Positions 44,236-54,276 are shown, counted from the first letter of the stretch. The stretch is DNA of 64,000 nucleotides from an uncultured Opitutales bacterium (GCA_964194865.1 CAXMOC010000275.1:1482-65481), one strand, 5' to 3'. The notes: generated by a model not told the origin, from the sequence alone. Made by a program: numbers and translations.

Positions 44236-47034
44236 GTGGGTAAAGCCCTCGTCATCACCGAGAAGCCCAGCGTCGCGCGCGACATTGCCAGCGCGATGGG
44301 CGGTTTCACTGACCTCGACGGTTATCAGGAGAGCGACGACTACCTGATCACATTCGCCGTCGGCCATCTCTTCGAGCTCCTCTCGCCAGAGGAGGTGGAC
44401 GAGAAATACAAGCGCTGGACGCTCGATGCTCTACCGATCCTGCCCGAGTCATTCCGGCTGAAGCCAAAGAAGGGGCAGAGCGAGCGGATCGACACGATTC
44501 GGCAGCTGCTGCAGCGAGACGACGTCGAAGAGATCGTCAACGCCTGCGACGCCGGGCGAGAAGGAGAGCTGATCTTCCGCGAGATCGTCGATTCGCTCGA
44601 TTGCGACAAGCCCGTGCGGCGCCTGTGGCTCCAGTCGATGACCACGAAGGCAATTCGACAGGGCTTCGAGAGCTTGCTCCCCGGCTCCGAGCTCGACGGT
44701 TTGGCTGCTTCCGCGGCCTGTCGCGCCCAATCGGATTGGATGATTGGGATGAACGCGACGCGCGCGCTCACCAAGCGGCTCAAGAGCCGCAAGGAGAAGA
44801 CCGCCTGGTCGGCGGGGCGCGTGCAAACGCCTACGCTTGCGATGCTCGTCGACCGCGAGTTCGAGATTCTCGCCCATAACCCTCGCCCCTTCTGGAAAGT
44901 CGTCGCCGACTTCGATCACGCCGGACAGACCTACCAGGCGACCTGGTTCGATTCTCAATTCAGCGCTTCCGCTGATGCAGAGCTCAAGGACGACCGAATC
45001 TTCGACGAAGCGCGCGCGACGGCGATCGTGGCGTCCGTGGTCGGTCGAAGCGGTTTGGCGTCGGAGACGCGCCGGCCTTCACGCGAGTCGGCTCCGACGC
45101 TGTTCAACCTGACGAGTCTCCAGCGCGAGGGCAACCGGCGCTTCGGCTGGTCCGCCCGCCGCACCTTGAGCGCCGCTCAGCGCTGCTACGAGCGCCACAA
45201 GATCCTGACCTATCCGCGAACGGACTCACGCTGTCTGCCGAACGACTACCGCGAAGTGGTGGAGCAGACTTTGGTGAGCCTGGGTGATGGAGCCGACCAT
45301 CCGGGCGAAGGGTTCGCCGATTACGCAGCGGCCGCGCGGCATCTTCAACAGGCGGGTCTCGAAAACACCGGCCGGATCTTCGACGATTCGAAGGTTTCAG
45401 ATCACTTCGCGGTGATTCCGACCGGAACCCTGCCCGCGGCGCCCCTGACCGGGGACGACAAGCGACTCTTCGACCTCGTGATGCGTCGGTTTCTTGGCGC
45501 CTTCTATCCGCCCGCAGTCTGGGAGCGTGTCGAGCGGACGACGGAAGTCGACAACGAGAAGTTTCGCACCCGCGCCAGATCGCTCAAAGAGAAGGGCTGG
45601 CGCGCTGTTCTGCCGCCCTCGACGGAAGATCCAGAGGAGCTGCTTCCGGCGCTCCTCGAAGGGGAGAGCGACGCCGAAGGCGTTTCGGTGCGCAACCAGA
45701 GCGCCGAGCCCCAGGCCGACGAGACACGCCCCCCGGCCCGCATCACCGAGGCGCGGCTGCTGTCCCTGATGGAGAACGCCGGCAAGCTGATCGAGGACGA
45801 AGATCACGCCGCCGCCATCGACGAGAAGGGGATTGGCACTCCCGCCACTCGGGCCGACGTGATCGAGAACCTGATCGCCAAGGGCTACGTCGTGAGGCTG
45901 GCGAAGTCGCTGCGGCCGACGGTGAAGGGCATCCGGTTGATCGACACCCTGCACCGCATCGACATCGCCCGGCTGACGTCGCCCGAGCTGACTGGCGAAA
46001 TCGAGCATCGCCTGATCGAAGTCGAGCGGGGCGAGCGGCCCGCGGCGGACTTCATGAACGAGATCACCAGTTACGCCTGTGAGATCGTCGACAGGGCCAA
46101 GACCTTCGACTACGAAGATCTCTACGACACCAAGACGCCGCTGGGCAGCTGTCCGAGCTGCGGCAAACCGGTCTTCGAGCTGGCATGGTTCTATCGCTGC
46201 ACAGCCGAGCCGGACGTGGCGCGCGAAGACGACTGCCCGATGCGATTCTGGAAGGATACCGCCGGGCGTTACCTCGACAAACAATCCGTCGAGACGCTGC
46301 TGCGCGACGACAAGACCGGCACCCTCGACGGCTTCACCGCTCGCAACGGCCGAACCTACAAGGGCTTCATCGAGCTCGATCGAGAGGAATGGAAGTTGGT
46401 GGTGCGCTCCCTGGGATACAACGAAGGGGAGGGAGTGAGTGATCTGGTCGACTACGACGTCAATCCGGATCCGCTGGCGCGCTGCCCGTTCGAAGAGGAA
46501 TGCTCGGTGCTGGAGTCGCCCACCCAGTTCATCTGTGAACGGGAGCTCAAGGAAGACGACGCTACCGACGCGGAGGAGCGGCCCAAGAGCTGTGGCTTCG
46601 TCTTTCCGCGCACCGTCTGCAAGCGCGAGATCACGCGTGAAGAAGCCGAGGTGTACCTCGCCAACGGAAAGACCGATTTGTTGGAGGAGTTCACCTCACG
46701 CTTCGGTCGACCTTTCTCGGCCAACCTCGTGCTCAAGAAGAATGGGCGCCACGGCTTCGAGTTTCCGCCTCGCAAACCCCGTGCCGGGAAGACCGCTGGA
46801 AAGGGCGAGAAGGCCGCGCCGCGAAAGAAGTCGACCCGAAAGAAGAAAACAGCAGCGAAGTCGAGCACCAAGAAGACAACCCGGAAGAAGGCGAAGGCCG
46901 TGGCGGCGAAACCGAAGACCGCCAAAGGCAAGCCGGCCACGAGAAAGAAGGCCGCAGTGAAGAAGAAGGTTTCCAAGAAAGCTGCCGCTTCGCGCCGTTC
47001 GGCGCGCCCGAAGCCCGGATCCCCGCAGGAATAA
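44236..47034 (+). CDS. topB: DNA topoisomerase III with zinc-ribbon/C-terminal repeat region and Lys-rich tail
   Basis: GTG at 44236 (VGKALVITEKPSVARDIA). TOPRIM and type IA core (GHLFEL, DAGREGELIF, YPRTDSRCL). CPSCGKP zinc ribbon. Final ~85 aa are K/A/T-rich. Confidence 0.88.
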   Translation: MGKALVITEKPSVARDIASAMGGFTDLDGYQESDDYLITFAVGHLFELLSPEEVDEKYKRWTLDALPILPESFRLKPKKGQSERIDTIRQLLQRDDVEEIVNACDAGREGELIFREIVDSLDCDKPVRRLWLQSMTTKAIRQGFESLLPGSELDGLAASAACRAQSDWMIGMNATRALTKRLKSRKEKTAWSAGRVQTPTLAMLVDREFEILAHNPRPFWKVVADFDHAGQTYQATWFDSQFSASADAELKDDRIFDEARATAIVASVVGRSGLASETRRPSRESAPTLFNLTSLQREGNRRFGWSARRTLSAAQRCYERHKILTYPRTDSRCLPNDYREVVEQTLVSLGDGADHPGEGFADYAAAARHLQQAGLENTGRIFDDSKVSDHFAVIPTGTLPAAPLTGDDKRLFDLVMRRFLGAFYPPAVWERVERTTEVDNEKFRTRARSLKEKGWRAVLPPSTEDPEELLPALLEGESDAEGVSVRNQSAEPQADETRPPARITEARLLSLMENAGKLIEDEDHAAAIDEKGIGTPATRADVIENLIAKGYVVRLAKSLRPTVKGIRLIDTLHRIDIARLTSPELTGEIEHRLIEVERGERPAADFMNEITSYACEIVDRAKTFDYEDLYDTKTPLGSCPSCGKPVFELAWFYRCTAEPDVAREDDCPMRFWKDTAGRYLDKQSVETLLRDDKTGTLDGFTARNGRTYKGFIELDREEWKLVVRSLGYNEGEGVSDLVDYDVNPDPLARCPFEEECSVLESPTQFICERELKEDDATDAEERPKSCGFVFPRTVCKREITREEAEVYLANGKTDLLEEFTSRFGRPFSANLVLKKNGRHGFEFPPRKPRAGKTAGKGEKAAPRKKSTRKKKTAAKSSTKKTTRKKAKAVAAKPKTAKGKPATRKKAAVKKKVSKKAAASRRSARPKPGSPQE

Positions 47035-47100
47035 GCTCCGTCCCACTCCTCGACAGCCCGCATCGGTTCCCGGAAGTGATCGACTCGACGAAGAAATTCG

Positions 47101-47130
47101 TTGTCATGGGGATTCGACCGGGGGTATAAA
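47101..47130 (+). promoter_or_regulatory. candidate sigma70-type promoter (TTGTCA-18 nt-TATAAA)
   Basis: AT-rich hexamers stand out in GC-rich DNA, about 100 nt upstream of the 47231 start. No experimental support. Confidence 0.3.
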
Positions 47131-47230
47131 TGACCCCGGTCCTCGGATCGGGGAGGGCCGGGTGCGAGCCGGATTCAGGAGTGGATTCCGGGATGGCTTC
47201 CCGGGACGAATTTCTTGACGAGGAGGGGTC

Positions 47231-50200
47231 ATGGGGCGGAAGGCGGAGCGCCGAATCCGGGGGGCCGTGGCCTGTGCCGCGATGGTCGTCTTCGGGTTCG
47301 GACTATTGGCCCCGACCACTGCAACGGCGCTGGAGGCTTTCGACGGCCGCATCCAGGTACACGGTTTTGCCGAGATGCAGCTGCGCGCTCTCAACGAGAA
47401 GTTCTCCGAGCAGCTCGACCTGGCCCAGTGGTACAACGTCCTCAACGTCGAGCTCGAGTTCGACATCTTGCCCGACGGCTGGGGCCCGCTGGATCTACTG
47501 CAGGCCTACGTTCGCGTCGAGGGCCGCTACGACTGCATTTGGGAGAAAGGTTGCGGCATGTTCAACTCCGTCAACACCTACGGAGACGATGCCCAACGCT
47601 TGCCCGATCGGCTTACCGACGGCAGGACCCAGGATTACAGCGGCGTGCTGCAGGTGGGCCCAACTACCAGCGACAACCCCAGCAACCTCGTCCAGACCCT
47701 CAACGGTGAGCGCCTCGACGACGGCACCATTATCGAAGACCGCGGGGCGCTCGGGCTCTCCGGATTGAAAGAATTCAGAGGCGCGGACGACATCCCGAAC
47801 ACGGCGGACGATCCTTTCAAGTACGTGATGTCGGATTTCCTCGCCTACGCGTTCACCTCCACGGCGCACAGGGGACCCGACGGAGGCGGCGGTCAGAAGA
47901 GCGTCCTCGGACCCTGGCTGCCGAAGAACTTCATCGACTCCAACGCGGTGTTGCGCAACAAAGCCAATCCCTTCCGCGGCCGGACGACGCCGTCTCCCGG
48001 TGGCACCACGGACGGATTCATTCGCTGGCACACTGCCGATCCGCTGGTCAACGGGATCGATGGCGACGGCAATCCCGTGATGCCAGACCCCACCAACTTG
48101 GCGAACCCCTTCTTCCAGACTCCCGACCAATTTCCCACGGAGCTGCTCGAGTTCCTGCCGCCAGACCTGGTCTTCCCGGGAACGACGACATTTGGAACCT
48201 ATACGTTTCTAAGCTCACCATCTCCCGCTGGCGTACCGAAGGTCGTGGTTCTGACCGATCTGGCACTGAACGACGGAGTCCCCACAGAAGACGACACCCA
48301 AAGCGATGCGGCCCGGGGATTCACCGCATTCGGCGGCGACTACAGCGGCATCGTGGCCTGCGGAGAGCCGGGGGGCGAGCTTGCCGGAAACCAGACCGAC
48401 CCCGCGAACGCCGATGGTTGGCTCGGAGGTTGTCTACCCGGGGCGAACGTTCGGGTGGTTGGCGGGACTAGCGAGCTCCCCCTGCGCCCCGCACCGGATC
48501 TCAGCAACCTCGCGGAGTTCGACCCGACAGTGGCCCAGGGCCTCTACATCCCGAGCCGCGGCCTCGTCCACTACTTCGAGCACGGCGACTTCGACTCGCT
48601 CGACATGAACTTCCGCGAGTCCGAGCGTTCCTGGAACCGCGGCGCCAGCCAGCAGGACACCAAAGAGCTCAAGGAAGCCTATTTCGACATGGAGTTCTTC
48701 GACAGCCGGCTGTGGGTGCGCGTGGGCCTGCAGCAGATCGTCTGGGGCAAAACCGAGCTGTTCCGGACGACCGACCAGTTCAACCCCCAGGACCTCGCCT
48801 TGGCAACGATTCCCAGCCTCGAGGAGTCACGCATCGCGGTCAACTCGGCGCGCTTCATCTATTCGCTCTACGAGGTCGGTCCGCTCGAGGATGTCCGCCT
48901 CGAGTTTGCGGTCAACTTCGACCAGATGCAGCCCTCGGACCTCGGCGCCTGCGGGGAGCCCTACACGCCGGACATCGTCTGCGGACTGACCTTCGGGACC
49001 TTCGCACACGGCTTCTTCGGGCTGGGAGTGGCGGGGGTCAATCGTCCCTCCGATCCCTGGAAGGACCTCGGTGGGTTCGAGATCGGGGGCCGGATCGAAT
49101 GGCGCTGGGACCGCTTCAGCTTCGCCCTGACCGACTTCTACGGCTACGACGATTTGCCGAGCATCGAGCGGATCATGACCTTCGAGCGCAACGCTGACCT
49201 CGCGTCGGGCCGTCCGCTGATCACCCGCCTGAGCCCGGACAACCCTCGAGGCGACTGCGCGACGGACAGCGACGCGCTGTCGATGGCCAATGCGGGTGAT
49301 CCAGACTACCGCCTGTCCAAGGATCAGTACTCCGTAACGGCGTCGGGGATCGGCATCGACGGCGACTGTCTGGGGTTCGGCACACCCCTGACCGGGTCGG
49401 CCAGCAACAACGCACTGGAGTGGCATCACGCCAACCAGCAACTCTTCACCTGGGTGTGCGCGGTCAGCGTCGGCTTCAGCGCGGGCCTCGATCCGGGCGC
49501 CTGCGCGGCGACGCTGTTCAACTCGGAACAGGATCTCGTCAAGGGAGTCGTCCCGATCCCGTTCTCGGAGCTCGTGTCTCCGCTATTCGCCGGCGATTAT
49601 CGCCACAGCAAGATTTTCCAGACCATCACTGGCGCAATTGGTGAGAGTATCGACATCCCGTTTCCTGCGCTGGCGATCAATCGAGATGCCAACGATGGTT
49701 TCATCACCGCGATCTCCGGATCGGCCCTGGATTGCGACGACCCCCTGGGTACCCCCACGGGCGTGAGGGAACTGGGGTGTAACAACCTGCGCGCCAACGG
49801 TGGATTCAACCAGGGGCCGCGGCCCGGTACCATCGGATTCCAGCAGGGTGGAAACGTGGTCGCGAAACAGCTGCCGTGGCTCACCGACTTCCTCACATTG
49901 GACAGCACTCTCACCAACGAGCAGCGCGCACTGCTGGGCTGTGGCCCGTTCTTCGGAATCCGTTGCGACACCGCGGGGAACTTCTCGCTGAACGACTGTG
50001 ACATCAATCTTCCGGGCTGCGAGGTGCTCTCGAGCGATGACCCGGCATCCCTGACACCGGCGCAACGTCTGGCCATCGAGGAGCGCCAGGGCTTCTATCG
50101 CGACGTCTTTCCCGGCGCATACAACGCCATCGGCGGCATCGACCTGCTGAACATCGAGGGCAGCGTACTCGTCCAATCCTTCCCGGGATTCGAAGGGACG

Positions 50201-51784
50201 CCCGACGACTACATCACCACGAGCATGGCGCAGGCTCCGGGGACGATCCGTTTCGACGGCGGGCCGGTCTGCACGCGGTACGTTCCGGGCAAGGACATGC
50301 CGGTGAAGCTGCCGGGCTGTCGGGGCATCGACGACTACGTGGTCACGACGACCGAGGTGATCTTTACGTTCGAGGCGGGCTACGACCCGAGTGTCGACGG
50401 CTGTCTGTTGGCGCCGACGATCGGCACCCACGCTGTCGTCACCCTCGACTCGGATGGGAACGACATCACGGGCTCCCAGGGGATGATGTCGTGCTTCGGT
50501 CAGCTGACGCCGGGCCGGGGCGACTTCGTCAGGGTTCCCGGGTTCTTCCAGCCGTTCTATCCCACTACGACGAGGCCCTGCGACAACTTCGAATACGACG
50601 CCGACTGCATTCGGGAGGTTGAGGAGTACCTCGACAAGCGGAATTCGGACAGCGGTCTGGGCGACTACTCCAGGAACAGCTTCGTGCGGATTCAGAATGC
50701 CTCGACGCTCTACCACCCGCTGGCGGGCTGCAACACCGATGAAGAGATCGAGATGAAAAATGAGGCGGACCCCGACCGGGGCCCCAATTGCGAGTTCAAG
50801 CGGATTCCTGGCCTCGGCTTTCGTGACTTCGACGCGGAGTTCCTGGCCGGAACGGCGCAGATCTTTCAGAACGAGATGGCGGCGGTTTCGTGGAACTTCT
50901 TGATGTTCCTGGTGGCCGGTTCGGTTTGCAATCCCGACGAAGACGAATTCATCCTCAATGAAAGCAACAGGAAGCGCTATCCGACCGTCACAGACTGCTT
51001 GGCCGGGGATCAACCCCCCTGGACGCTGGGCCGGTGTTCGTTCAATCAGCCGCAGTTCTGCAGGGCTGTGAAGGCCTTCATGGGATTGGCTGGGGTCCAG
51101 CGCAACGTCGTGCGTGCTGGAGGTAATGGAACCTACGGCCGCCGGACGTTGCTGTGGCATAGCGGCGGCGAAATCGTGCTGAACTACACCAAGCGCAACG
51201 TCTTCGGCTTCTCGATGGACTTCGCCGAGGATCGCAGCAAATCAAACTGGGGTGTGGAGTTCACCTGGATCGAATCGATCCCCTTCTTCGACGCGAACGA
51301 ATTCGACAACTTCCACCATGTCGATACGTTCAACCTGACCGTGTCCGCCGACAGGCCGACCTTCATCAACTTCCTCAACGCGAATCGCACGTTCTTCTTC
51401 AACACCCAGTGGTTCTTCCAGTACATCGACGGCCACAACAGCGGGATGTCTTCGAACGGGCCCTTCAACGCTCTGTTCACGTTCGCGGTCATCACGGGCT
51501 ACTTCCAGGACCGATTGAATCCGTCCCTGATCACGATCTACGACTTCAATTCGCGTTCGGGAGGGGTGCTACCGTCGATCCAGTACCGTTTCACCGAGGC
51601 CTTCTCCGTTGCCTGGGGGATTGGGTTCTTCTACGGCCGCACCCAGCTGACCGACATGTCGGTCAACGGCTTCGGCTTCGGCAATCGGGCCGGTCAGAAC
51701 GCCAACAAGGACAGCACGGAACAGTTCATCTCCGCGGTGCGCAAGCGCGACGAGGTGTGGCTGAGGGTGCGCTGGACCTTCTAA
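47231..51784 (+). CDS. very large DUF1302-like outer-membrane protein with cysteine-rich insertions
   Basis: GAGGAGGGG SD and signal peptide. DUF1302-like blocks (LNVELEFD...RVEGRYDCIW; KEAYFDMEF..LWVRVGLQQIVWGKTELFR). C-terminal beta-signal ...VWLRVRWTF. Confidence 0.7.
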   Translation: MGRKAERRIRGAVACAAMVVFGFGLLAPTTATALEAFDGRIQVHGFAEMQLRALNEKFSEQLDLAQWYNVLNVELEFDILPDGWGPLDLLQAYVRVEGRYDCIWEKGCGMFNSVNTYGDDAQRLPDRLTDGRTQDYSGVLQVGPTTSDNPSNLVQTLNGERLDDGTIIEDRGALGLSGLKEFRGADDIPNTADDPFKYVMSDFLAYAFTSTAHRGPDGGGGQKSVLGPWLPKNFIDSNAVLRNKANPFRGRTTPSPGGTTDGFIRWHTADPLVNGIDGDGNPVMPDPTNLANPFFQTPDQFPTELLEFLPPDLVFPGTTTFGTYTFLSSPSPAGVPKVVVLTDLALNDGVPTEDDTQSDAARGFTAFGGDYSGIVACGEPGGELAGNQTDPANADGWLGGCLPGANVRVVGGTSELPLRPAPDLSNLAEFDPTVAQGLYIPSRGLVHYFEHGDFDSLDMNFRESERSWNRGASQQDTKELKEAYFDMEFFDSRLWVRVGLQQIVWGKTELFRTTDQFNPQDLALATIPSLEESRIAVNSARFIYSLYEVGPLEDVRLEFAVNFDQMQPSDLGACGEPYTPDIVCGLTFGTFAHGFFGLGVAGVNRPSDPWKDLGGFEIGGRIEWRWDRFSFALTDFYGYDDLPSIERIMTFERNADLASGRPLITRLSPDNPRGDCATDSDALSMANAGDPDYRLSKDQYSVTASGIGIDGDCLGFGTPLTGSASNNALEWHHANQQLFTWVCAVSVGFSAGLDPGACAATLFNSEQDLVKGVVPIPFSELVSPLFAGDYRHSKIFQTITGAIGESIDIPFPALAINRDANDGFITAISGSALDCDDPLGTPTGVRELGCNNLRANGGFNQGPRPGTIGFQQGGNVVAKQLPWLTDFLTLDSTLTNEQRALLGCGPFFGIRCDTAGNFSLNDCDINLPGCEVLSSDDPASLTPAQRLAIEERQGFYRDVFPGAYNAIGGIDLLNIEGSVLVQSFPGFEGTPDDYITTSMAQAPGTIRFDGGPVCTRYVPGKDMPVKLPGCRGIDDYVVTTTEVIFTFEAGYDPSVDGCLLAPTIGTHAVVTLDSDGNDITGSQGMMSCFGQLTPGRGDFVRVPGFFQPFYPTTTRPCDNFEYDADCIREVEEYLDKRNSDSGLGDYSRNSFVRIQNASTLYHPLAGCNTDEEIEMKNEADPDRGPNCEFKRIPGLGFRDFDAEFLAGTAQIFQNEMAAVSWNFLMFLVAGSVCNPDEDEFILNESNRKRYPTVTDCLAGDQPPWTLGRCSFNQPQFCRAVKAFMGLAGVQRNVVRAGGNGTYGRRTLLWHSGGEIVLNYTKRNVFGFSMDFAEDRSKSNWGVEFTWIESIPFFDANEFDNFHHVDTFNLTVSADRPTFINFLNANRTFFFNTQWFFQYIDGHNSGMSSNGPFNALFTFAVITGYFQDRLNPSLITIYDFNSRSGGVLPSIQYRFTEAFSVAWGIGFFYGRTQLTDMSVNGFGFGNRAGQNANKDSTEQFISAVRKRDEVWLRVRWTF

Positions 51785-51813
51785 CCCGAGCAGATCGCAC
51801 GCGCATTGTTTCG

Positions 51814-53286
51814 TTAGTGGCCGCGTACCAGGGTGTCGGTGGTGGTCATCTTTCGCAGTGACTTGTTTGGCGGGGGGATCGACCTCACGTCAAAGGATTC
51901 CCTTCGCCAGCCGCTGCCACCGTCGGCAGCGTGGAAGTAGACTGCAGCGACCGGATCGAAGAGCTGGGCGCGCTGCTCCGCCAGGGGCCAGTTCGGATAG
52001 TCGACCACGTCCCCACTGAAGCGATGCACTGGGATCCCCACGTCGACGATCAGACCTCGCTTCCGCCGGGTAATCAGGTACAGCGGCAGGCTCGTCTGGT
52101 GGTCGACGTAGATCGTGATCGAGTCGAAGGCCAGTCCAGCCGTCTTGGCCGCCCCCTCGATCACCAGCGCGTAGCGGACCTCCCAGCGATCGCTTCCCAC
52201 CGACAAACCCGAGGCACCGAAGTTGCGGTCCGGTTCGTAGGGATAGCCCGAGCGGGTGGCATTGATCGGAGCCAGCACCTCCCGCTTGCCCAGCACACGC
52301 CACACATAGGCATTCGGGCGAAGTGAGAAGTCATTGAAGCCCGCCGGCAAATGTTCCGTGACGGCGGCGGAGAGTGCCGAGTTGGGGCTCACCGCTCCCG
52401 TCGGTACGAGCCCGTTGGAGCCCGTCGCGATGCTGCCGCCGCCCCAGTCGCCGCCAACTCGATAGCGCGGGGTGTACATGCCATCGACCCAGGCGGTTGC
52501 CGACCGCCGGACCTTTCTCATCGTGGGGACGTAGACGAAGGTGTTGTCGGGGTGTGAATAGCGTTGTTCGGCTTCGACTGGCCGCATCTGGCGCCAGGCG
52601 AGGTGGCGCGCTTCGAAGGGCTCGTCGAAGCTGCCTCCGCCGACCCAGACGTTCTCGTCGGATCCCGGGTAGCTGAACTCGGTGTCCGGCAGGTCGGCCC
52701 GGTGGCGGGTTCGAAGCTGGAAAAAATCTCCCGTGTAGGTCTGGGTTCCACCCATACGACTTGGCATGTCTGTGATGCGAAAATGACCGTGAGGGCCTGC
52801 TCCGCGGTTGCGCAGCTCGAGGTTCCAGGCCCACTTCACGCCGGCGGCCGGATCATCGGCCGCGATCGACTCGGGCGGAAACGGCATCCCGGCCACGTAG
52901 TCCCAGAGATTTCCCTCGTCGTCGACGCTGGTGCGGCCCGAAAACTGCGCGGTTGCCTCCGCGAAATAGCTGGGCACCGGGTAGCGACGGTGGCAGGGGC
53001 CGATCTCCATTCGCATGCCGTCGAAGAAGAATACGTTCCGATTGCGCCAGACCTCGGCGGGAATCAGGTCGCGCAGCATCACCAGGTCGGTGTAGGTGAG
53101 GAGCATCCCCTCGCGAATCAGTGAGGGCACCGCGTCTTCGGCGAGGCGATCGCCCGGACGTCCCCCGAGCGCAGGGCAGTCTCCCTCTTCGGGAAGTCCG
53201 GCGGCTGCGCGACCCGCGAGCAAGCAGACGGCCACAAGGAGCGCGGCCGATGCTGTGGGGCCCAACGTCGAGGGGGTGTGGTGCAC
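51814..53286 (-). CDS. DUF1329 family (LolA-like) periplasmic/outer-membrane-associated protein
   Basis: Signal peptide. GMPFPPE...GVKWAWNLELRNRG, FVYVPTMRKVRRS, YVWRVLGKREVLAPIN and DRWEVRYALVIEG match the DUF1329 pattern as I recall it. Confidence 0.7.
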   Translation of the reverse strand: MHHTPSTLGPTASAALLVAVCLLAGRAAAGLPEEGDCPALGGRPGDRLAEDAVPSLIREGMLLTYTDLVMLRDLIPAEVWRNRNVFFFDGMRMEIGPCHRRYPVPSYFAEATAQFSGRTSVDDEGNLWDYVAGMPFPPESIAADDPAAGVKWAWNLELRNRGAGPHGHFRITDMPSRMGGTQTYTGDFFQLRTRHRADLPDTEFSYPGSDENVWVGGGSFDEPFEARHLAWRQMRPVEAEQRYSHPDNTFVYVPTMRKVRRSATAWVDGMYTPRYRVGGDWGGGSIATGSNGLVPTGAVSPNSALSAAVTEHLPAGFNDFSLRPNAYVWRVLGKREVLAPINATRSGYPYEPDRNFGASGLSVGSDRWEVRYALVIEGAAKTAGLAFDSITIYVDHQTSLPLYLITRRKRGLIVDVGIPVHRFSGDVVDYPNWPLAEQRAQLFDPVAAVYFHAADGGSGWRRESFDVRSIPPPNKSLRKMTTTDTLVRGH

Positions 53287-53346
53287 GACGACCTCCGTGG
53301 GAGCGCCGCGGATTCTATCGTACCCTCGGATCGGGAGTGATTTGCG

Positions 53347-54276
53347 ATGGCGCGACGTTCCGTCGGATTCCCGCTAACGCTGGGATTCATCTTGGTCATC
53401 CTGGCCGCGGTACTCGCCGTCGCCTACTGGGTTCTGGTACTGGACGATGTCGGCCCGGTTGGCCCGGACAGCCTGACGGGGCTCGAGTGGGTACTGCTGG
53501 TGCTGGGCACCGCCTTTTTCGTCCTGATCATCGTGGGGCTGGGGTGGCTCTGCGCCTGGCTGGTGCGAGAGATGCGGCTGAATCAGCGTCAGCGCGCATT
53601 TCTGGATGCCGTCACTCACGAGATGAAGACGCCCCTCGCATCCCTGCGCCTCTACGTCGAGACCCTGGTGAGGCACGATCCAGAAAGCGAGCGGCGGCGC
53701 GAGTTTCTCGACCGCATGGCCGAGGATCTAGAGCGCCTCGATCGAACCGTGGACCAGGTTCTGGCAGCGGCCCGCGCAGAGGAACCCGGCCGCCGGGCCA
53801 AGCTCGAGCGGGTCGCTCTGCGCGACATCCTGGTGCCGTGCATCGACGAGATTCGGAACCGGCACGCTCTGCCCGCGGAAGCGGTTCACCTCGACACCAA
53901 CGAAAATCCGCTTGTGCGAGCCGATCCGGGAGAGCTTGCGGTGGTGTTTCGCAACCTGCTCGAGAACGCTGTGAAGTACTCCGAGGCGCCCGTCGATGTC
54001 GGGGTTGCCATTGCGGGCCACCACGATGGGCGTGTTTCGGTGGACATCTCCGACCGCGGCATCGGGATTCCGGCGGGCGAGCTGCGGAAGATCTTCCAGC
54101 GCTTCCACCGCGCGGGTCGCGACGTGCAGCGGACCGCTGCGGGCCTCGGCCTCGGCTTGTTCATCGTCAGGAATCTGGTTCGCCGGCAGGGCGGGCGGGT
54201 GGTTGCGCGCAGCGCGGGCTGGGGCGAGGGCAGTCGATTTGTCGTGACTCTGCGCGCAGCTGGTCCGGCGTTGTAG
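53347..54276 (+). CDS. sensor histidine kinase (two TM helices, no extracytoplasmic or HAMP/PAS domain)
   Basis: H-box THEMKTPL, N-box NLLENAVKYS, G1 DRGIGIP, G2 GLGLGLF. Confidence 0.85.
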   Translation: MARRSVGFPLTLGFILVILAAVLAVAYWVLVLDDVGPVGPDSLTGLEWVLLVLGTAFFVLIIVGLGWLCAWLVREMRLNQRQRAFLDAVTHEMKTPLASLRLYVETLVRHDPESERRREFLDRMAEDLERLDRTVDQVLAAARAEEPGRRAKLERVALRDILVPCIDEIRNRHALPAEAVHLDTNENPLVRADPGELAVVFRNLLENAVKYSEAPVDVGVAIAGHHDGRVSVDISDRGIGIPAGELRKIFQRFHRAGRDVQRTAAGLGLGLFIVRNLVRRQGGRVVARSAGWGEGSRFVVTLRAAGPAL

